Source: Methanotrichaceae archaeon
Lineage (GTDB): Archaea > Halobacteriota > Methanosarcinia > Methanotrichales > Methanotrichaceae
Assembly: GCA_963803145.1 (NCBI GenBank)
Contig: CAWDLW010000007.1
Span: forward strand, 1-22,155
Direction of reading: 5' to 3'
Length of the DNA stretch: 22,155 bases
This document shows, one piece after another, positions 15,767-22,155 of the stretch. A program made the position numbers and the translations under genes. The notes beneath the pieces were generated by a model that worked only from the letters and a program-made list of their open reading frames with translations, did no database searches and was not told the origin of the DNA. Each line of letters begins with the position of its first letter. Within the stretch, counting starts at the first letter, position 1.

Positions 15767-17005
15767 ATGAAAAGCATACCGATTTATGTTTTGGTATTGT
15801 TTGTGCTGTTGCTATCTGCGACTTTTATGGGCACAAGCGCTGTCGCATCGCCAATCAGTGGACAATCGATAAATCAATCGATAAATCAATCGGCCAATCA
15901 ATCAACCATCGGTGGAGCAATTAAGATCGCCGGCGGTTTTGATCTGACTGGCGGTGAGTCATCGCTTGATGTACCTGCTGCCAATGGTGCCAAACTTGCA
16001 GTAAAGGAAATAAATGCAGCAGGCGGAGTGCTAGGGCGGCCACTGGATCTGATCATACGCGACGCAGATTATAATATGAGCACCACCGCCCAGATCGCCA
16101 GGCAATTTGTCGGGGAGGATAAGGTTATCGGGGGCATAGGATTCTCTGATACTAATTCAATGCTTGCAGCAGGGCCCATCTTCCAGAATGCCGGCATCCC
16201 GTTCATCACTGTAGGTGCGACCTCTCCCAAGATCCCAGGGCAGATCGGCAATATGATATATCTCGCATGTTTCGGCGATAATGCACAAGCTGCAGCTGGC
16301 GCCGAGTATGCTGCCAAGAGCTTCGGAAAGAGTGCATACCTCCTAGTGGATACAAGCACCGATTACACAGTCCTGCTTGCGAACTATTTCAACAAAAGCT
16401 TCGGTGAACTTGGCGGCAAAGTAGTGCTTGAGGACTACTATAGCGATAATGCGACCGATGTCTCCGGGCAAATAGCCAAGCTCAAAAAGCTACCAAGTCA
16501 GCCCGACTTCTACTACGTTGCAGCAATGCCGTATAATGTTGTATCCATCATCAAGCAATTCCGCGATGCTGGCCTGACTGGGCCAATCGTCGGCGGAGAT
16601 GGCTACGATATACCTGAGATCACAAGCATAGATGGAAATGCCACTAATAACGTGTTCTTCAGCACTCATGCGCTGATGGATGATAAGGCTGGCAGTGAGG
16701 GCATTAGAGCATTCATAGCAGCATATAACAAAGAGTATGGGCATAATCCAGAGAATGCATTTGCTGCCCTCGGATATGATGCTATGCGCCTTATGGCCGA
16801 TGCAATTAAGCGCGCAGGCTCAACAAATCCGGAGGCAATCCGACAGGCTATACAGGAAACTAAGGATTTCCCAGGCATCACCGGAATGATCAGCTATCCC
16901 AACGGCACACGTGTGCCGCAGAAGAGCATAACCATCATTGCTGTCAAAGATGGAAAGTATACTCTCGGTGCTGAAATTATCCCAGAGAAAGTTCCTGCAC
17001 CTTGA
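15767..17005 (+). CDS. Branched-chain amino acid ABC-type (LivK/LivJ-like) substrate-binding protein
   Basis: Signal/TM segment; GAKLAVKEINAAGGVLGRPL, F.DNAQ, GGDG, ALGYDA, F.GITG.I; GGAGGGA RBS. Confidence 0.92.
   Translation: MKSIPIYVLVLFVLLLSATFMGTSAVASPISGQSINQSINQSANQSTIGGAIKIAGGFDLTGGESSLDVPAANGAKLAVKEINAAGGVLGRPLDLIIRDADYNMSTTAQIARQFVGEDKVIGGIGFSDTNSMLAAGPIFQNAGIPFITVGATSPKIPGQIGNMIYLACFGDNAQAAAGAEYAAKSFGKSAYLLVDTSTDYTVLLANYFNKSFGELGGKVVLEDYYSDNATDVSGQIAKLKKLPSQPDFYYVAAMPYNVVSIIKQFRDAGLTGPIVGGDGYDIPEITSIDGNATNNVFFSTHALMDDKAGSEGIRAFIAAYNKEYGHNPENAFAALGYDAMRLMADAIKRAGSTNPEAIRQAIQETKDFPGITGMISYPNGTRVPQKSITIIAVKDGKYTLGAEIIPEKVPAP
15863..15905 (+). repeat. In-frame 12-bp tandem repeat encoding QSIN-QSIN-QSAN-QS
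   Basis: CAATCGATAAAT x2, then CAATCGGCCAAT and CAATCA; creates N-x-S sequons in the linker. Confidence 0.8.
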
Positions 17006-17020
17006 GAATTCGTTAACAAG

Positions 17021-17127
17021 GGGGTGCATTGGAAGCTAAACCCCTGAGAACGCGATAACGCTTTCAAGGAGTGCTTATCGCAATATTGGCTCTATTTGCA
17101 GGAAGGCAATGGAGCCCTTCATTTTTT
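17021..17127 (+). terminator. Tandem hairpins ending in a T6 tract downstream of the binding-protein gene
   Basis: GGGGT/ACCCC; GCGATAA (17052-17058)/TTATCGC (17075-17081); GGCTCTATT (17088-17096)/AATGGAGCC (17108-17116); TTTTTT at 17122-17127. Confidence 0.45.
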
Positions 17128-17254
17128 GGTTGTCAAAGGCTCTTTAAAGCATCCTTCTGATGACATCTGAAAGGAGGTAAATTCATTTGATCTTTCTAGC
17201 CTCCGAGATCTTATTCCAAGACTACTTAAATTATTACGTGTAGATAATTGAAGG

Positions 17255-17989
17255 ATGCGTTTCTCAGCAAAGGGCCTGACTGATATTGGGAAAATTAGAG
17301 GAGAAAATCAGGATGCTTTCCTGATCGATGAAGAAGCAGGGCTCTTTGCTGTTGCAGATGGAATGGGCGGAATGTTAAATGGCGCTCTTGCGGCCAGGCT
17401 TACATTGGAATGTCTTCAAAGGCTTTTAAAGGCTGGGCTTCTCAAGGAGAGTGCTGTTTCAGAAGCTGATGAAAACGAAAAGGATGTAATGCATCTTCTA
17501 AAGGAAGTTATCATAAAGTTGAGCGATCTCGTTAGAAGTGAAGTTGGGCCGAGATCAGGTTCGACTCTGGTCATGGCTCTTGCGAAAAAAGATCGAGTTT
17601 ATATAGCCCACCTGGGAGACAGCAGGGCTTACCTCCTGAGAGGTGGCAGGCTTGAGCGGCTCACCAGGGATCACAACATGGCTGCTGACCTTGTGGATGA
17701 AGGCAAGATCGCACCAATGGAGGCGATGCATCATCCCATACGGAACATAGTGACTGGATACATAGGGATGAAGGATGTCGCTCCCGAGGTAAGAGGGATC
17801 TATCCGGAAGATGGCGACAGATTGCTATTATGTTCCGATGGCCTATCTTCCATGGTGCCGGATGATGAGATCGCCCGCACCCTCAAGGAGATAAAAGACA
17901 TCAGGATGGCTTTGAAGGAGCTGATACTCAGGGCCAATGAATCAGGTGGGGAAGACAACATTACGGCAGTTATTATAGATATTTTCTGA
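17255..17989 (+). CDS. PP2C/PPM-family (Stp1/PrpC-like) Ser/Thr protein phosphatase
   Basis: R.ENQD, LFAVADGMGG, AHLGDSRAY, LTRDH, LLCSDGL, GGEDNIT. Confidence 0.95.
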   Translation: MRFSAKGLTDIGKIRGENQDAFLIDEEAGLFAVADGMGGMLNGALAARLTLECLQRLLKAGLLKESAVSEADENEKDVMHLLKEVIIKLSDLVRSEVGPRSGSTLVMALAKKDRVYIAHLGDSRAYLLRGGRLERLTRDHNMAADLVDEGKIAPMEAMHHPIRNIVTGYIGMKDVAPEVRGIYPEDGDRLLLCSDGLSSMVPDDEIARTLKEIKDIRMALKELILRANESGGEDNITAVIIDIF

Positions 17990-18010
17990 AGCTGAATTTT
18001 ATTTTATCGT

Positions 18011-18030
18011 AATACCCCGCTGCTTGCAGC
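18011..18030. mobile_element. Possible truncated IS200/IS605- or REP-type end palindrome
   Basis: AATACCCCGCTGC-TT-GCAGC resembles the ATACCCCGCnGCTTGCnGCGGGG hairpin I recall from such ends, but the closing GGGG is missing and no transposase is nearby. Confidence 0.3.
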
Positions 18031-18411
18031 TTAGAACAGATTACCGGTAATAACCTTTGGCCCTGCATTATCATTCAATTCAGCGAAATGGTGCGGGCAA
18101 AGGGATACTCGCACGTTTTTACTGGTAAATATTGAACCAATTTCTAAAGTCCATAATGATAAGAGCTTTCACTCAGCTCTAGGATATAAGCCACTTGACC
18201 GGTTGAGATAAAGGCAGCTTTAAATACGGTTACTTATCTTCCTGTCCACTAACAGAGGTTCAGTCTAATTGCATCCAACATTGCAACGACATTATTCTTC
18301 CTCCAAAGGAACTTGTATTGACTCGTTTGAGAGGCTCATTATTTAATACCGAAATTTATAATTATGTACCTGTCGGTAGCTTCATATCATATTATTTTGT
18401 TTAAGCACTTT

Positions 18412-21400
18412 ATGAGCGGTAGCTCCAACAGTGTATTTATCAGCTATGCACATGAGGATGTAGAATTCGCAAAGGTACTCTATGATAATCTAAGAGATGC
18501 GGGCGTAAATATCTGGTTTGATAAAGAGGATTTGCGCCCCGGTGAAGAGTGGAAACCAGCTATCAGAAATGCTATCAGGAAGAGCCGCTATTTTCTGGCG
18601 ATACTCTCTTGTAATTCAGCTAAAAAACGTGGATTCGTACATTCTGAAATGGAGGATGCTTTAGATATTCTCAAAGAGTTTCCTGAATCTGAAATATATA
18701 TTATTCCAGTTAGGATTGACAATTGTGAGCTTCCTTATGAACATCTTTATGATATCCAATGGACAAATCTATTTCCTTGCTGGAAGAGAGGTCTTTCAGA
18801 GATAATGTTATCACTCCAGATTAAGCCTTCTACCAATGATTTGCCAAAGAAGTTAGCTCCTACTTCTGCCAATGTCTGGATTGCAGAAGGTTATGATTTA
18901 TATTGTCAAAGCAAGTATGACGAAGCGATCCTTTGTTATAATAGGGCTATTGGAATCGATCCAGAATCAATAACTGCATGGATTTATAAAGGCAAAAATC
19001 TTATAGAGATGGATAAATACGATGAAGCTCTTCAATGTTACGATAAGGCAATAGAAATTAATCCGGAAAATGCTGATGCTTTGATCTCAAAAGGCGATGC
19101 TCTCAATTGCCTAAGCAACTATGAAGAAGCTATCCAATGTTGCGATAAGGCTATTAAAATTGATAAACGAAATGCGAGCGCTTGGTCCATAAAGGGTGAT
19201 GTTTTTTATAACCAGGCCAGGTTTGAGAAAGCAATAAAATGTTTCGAAAAATCAATTGAACTTAGTCCCCAAAATTTACATGCATGGGGTTATAAGGGTC
19301 TTTGTCTTTTTGATTCAGATAATTTTGTTTAATCAATTATATGTTTTGATGAGGTTCTAGAGATTGATCCGCGAAATGAAATCGCCTGGAGTTATAAAGG
19401 TAGTGCTCTCGATAGCCTAGGCAAATGCGAAGAAGCGATAGCGTGTTGTGATAAAGCCATTGAGATCCATCTACAGAATTTTTTTGCATGGTCAACAAAA
19501 GGGAATGCCCTTAATGGTATGGGCATGCATGAGGATGCTATTCAATGTTTCAATAGAGCTACAGAGTTCGGTCCACAAAATGAATGGATTTGGCGCTTGA
19601 AAGGTGATTCCTTATTAAACCATCTCAAAAAGTATGATGAGGCTATTTATTGTTATAACAAAGCTATAGAGATCGATCCTCTACATGTACCTACTTGGGA
19701 TATGAAAGGCGAGGCTTTAAACGGCCTAGGCAAGTACGAGGATGCAATTCATTGCTTTGACAAGGCTATAGAGATCAATAAGCTTGATGCAGAGTCTTGG
19801 AAAGGTAAAGGGGATACTCTCTATAATCTTGGTAAATATAATGAAGCAATTATATGTTATGATCTCGCTATAAAGATCGATCCTAGATATTTTAAAGCTT
19901 GGGGAATGAAAGGCTATTCCTTTAATAAAGAGAGTAAATTCCATGAAGCGATTCAATGTTATGATGAGGTTATAAAAATTGATCCACATAATGCGGACGC
20001 CTGGGTACTTAAAGGTGATAATTTTGAGAGTTTGGGCAAATATGATAAAGCAATCGAGAGTTATGATAAAGCCATAAAGATTAGCCCTCAATTTAACCGC
20101 GCATGGAACTCAAAGAGCGATATTCTAAAAAAGCAATATAAGTACAATGAAGCAATTATATGTTTAACTAAGGCATTAGAGATTGATCCACATGATTCAG
20201 ATGCTCGGAAAAAGATAGGCGATATCCTGTGTGTTCAGGGCAAATACGATGAAGCAATCAATCATTATAATATAGCAATAGAGATCGATCCACAAAACGC
20301 GTCTGTTTGGACCTCCAAAGGGAAAGTTCTCGATAATCAGGGCAAGGATGATGAGGCTATATATTGTTACGATAATGCCATCGAGATCGACCCGAAATGC
20401 GAACTTGCTTGGATCTCAAAAAGTGAAATTCTAAATAAGCAGGGGAGGTACGATAAAGCTATTCAATGTTACGATAAACTCATAAATTTATCCTTAGATG
20501 ATGCAGATGTTTGGTGGATATCGAAAGCAGAAGCACTAGAGAAGATAGGCGAGGATGATGAGGCCATTCTATGTTTTGATAGGGCTATGAAGATCAATCC
20601 TAAAAATGAATGTGGGCTGCTAGGAAAAGTCTGTATTCTCCTAAAACAGGGTAAGCATGATGAGGCAATAGGTATGTTTGATGTGATCCTAAATGCAGAT
20701 CCACAAAATGAAGATGCTTGGTTAAACAAAGGTCTTATTCTTAAAGATCAGGGCAAGTATAATGACGCGTTAAATTGTTATGATGAGGGAATAAAAACTG
20801 ATCCAAAAAATCCAAATGGTTGGATCTCAAAGGGTGATCTTCTAAATCATTTAGGCAATTATAAAGAAGCTATCTGCTGTTATGATAAAGCTATAAAGAT
20901 CGCCCCCAAAAATATTGATCTCTGGATTAACAAAGGGAAATTTTATTTTAATGTTGGAAAGTATGATGAGGCGATTCGCTGTTACGACAAAGTTATTGAG
21001 ATTAGTCCACAGAATCCAGATGCCTGGGGATTCAGAGGTTATATTCTCTATAAGCTAGGCAGATACGAAGAGGCATTTAGTTGCTGCAATAACGCCATAG
21101 AGATTAACCCACAATATTTGGATGCTTTTGAATTAAAAGGCAATGTTTTCTATAAACAAGGCAAATATAATGAGGCCCTTGAAGCTTACAATAAGACCAT
21201 AGAACTTGATCCAAGTTATGCTCATTCATGGAATAATAAAGGGAATATTTTCGACGATCAAGGAAAATACAATGAAGCTCTTGAAGCTTATAACAAGGCC
21301 ATAGAATTTAATCCAAAGTATGACTATCCTTGGAATGGCAAAGGCAATGTTTTCAAAAATCAATGTAAATATGATGAAGCTATAAAAGCCTATAATAAAG

Positions 21401-21834
21401 CCATTGAATTGGATCCAACGAGTCCATATCCTTGGAACGGTAAAGGGGATGTTTTCAGTAATCAAAGAAAATACAATGAATCCCATGAAGCTTATAACAA
21501 GGCCATAGAACTCAACCCAAGGCTTGCTCGTCCATGGATCAGTAAAGGATGTGTCTTTTATGATCAAGGCAAGTATGATGAAGCTCTTGAATCATTCAAT
21601 AAAGCAATTGACCTAGATCCAAAGTCCTCTTATCCATGGAATAATAAAGGAGATCTTTTCGTTCGTCTTGGCAAATACAACGATGCTTTGAAAGCTTACG
21701 ATAAAGCAATTGATCTTGACCCGAAGTATGCCACTCCATGGAACGGTAGAGGCAACATCCTTAAGTTACTTGGACGTAATGCAGAAGCAGATATTGCCTT
21801 TGCTAAGGCTAGAGAGCTTGGATACCAATACTGA
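18412..21834 (+). pseudogene. TIR-domain + 29-TPR protein (about 1140 aa), one in-frame TAA at 19330-19332 (pseudogene or sequence error)
   Basis: TIR motifs VFISYAHED, WFDK..L.PGE.W, GFVHSEM, IIPV; 34-aa TPRs continue in frame across the stop (DNFV*SIICFDEVLEIDPRNEIAWSYKG…) into ORF 19519..21834; likely start is ATG 18412 (track gives 18364). Confidence 0.9.
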
Positions 21835-22155
21835 TTAAGTTTTTGAAGTGCAAATCCTTTATGAAGCATAATTTTTTTGCGCCTACAACATCAGATAATA
21901 TATATGTCTTTTCTGGGAGAACCAATTCGACACCCCTGCATTCTAACTAATGCAGCCAGAATTATTGATCTATATGATCATGCCTGAACGAACTTTACTT
22001 GGCGTCATCTCAATGAATCAAGATTAATGTTATGGTGTACCAGGTTCTATAATGCATGAGCATAGCAGTAAAGACTATATTTATAGAAAAACTTATATAT
22101 TAGTTGGCAAATCTAATATCGGTTGGAATTTTATATTTTATTGTGAACATTTATG

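Noticed and set aside
12065-19332. Genome-wide stop-codon reassignment to explain both internal stops
   Set aside because: The two stops differ (TAG and TAA), each is one substitution from the expected sense codon, and TAA, TAG and TGA all end other genes here
12032-21567. Remaining short overlapping ORFs (12032, 12732, 13935, 14085, 15265-15924, 16069-17029, 19726, 20469, 21226)
   Set aside because: Shadows of well-supported genes
18880-21834. CRISPR-like or DGR-like periodicity
   Set aside because: The 102-bp period is TPR coding; there are no identical repeats with spacers and no reverse transcriptase or cas genes

Overview
An AT-rich archaeal accessory region, most likely from a Methanothrix/Methanotrichaceae-like methanogen. 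This is inferred from BRE/TATA promoters, a DUF2769-like protein, a Methanothrix-style TPR cap (…AFAKARELGY) and Ser/Tyr/Gln-rich secreted proteins. The left part holds small hypothetical ORFs and stress/redox genes: an Em/GsiB-like hydrophilin, a decayed F420-dependent nitroreductase-like gene, a group 1 truncated hemoglobin, a Cys-rich DUF2769-like protein and a GDT1/UPF0016 transporter. The centre holds three co-oriented secreted proteins next to a wHTH regulator: a PQQ-type beta-propeller fused to a cupredoxin, a 7-repeat Asn/Gln beta-solenoid that looks like a functional amyloid, and a cupredoxin with a Tyr/Gln-rich tail. This is the best candidate for an undescribed system, a possible cytochrome-free surface electron-transfer or sheath module. 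Two candidate sRNAs with anti-Shine-Dalgarno-like loops flank an aminotransferase gene interrupted by one in-frame TAG. The right part holds an MFS transporter, an ICL/PEP-mutase family enzyme, an orphan LivK-type binding protein, a PP2C phosphatase and a TIR + 29-TPR gene interrupted by one in-frame TAA. No rRNA, tRNA, CRISPR array or intact transposase was seen. All calls come from reading motifs by eye; no database searches were run.
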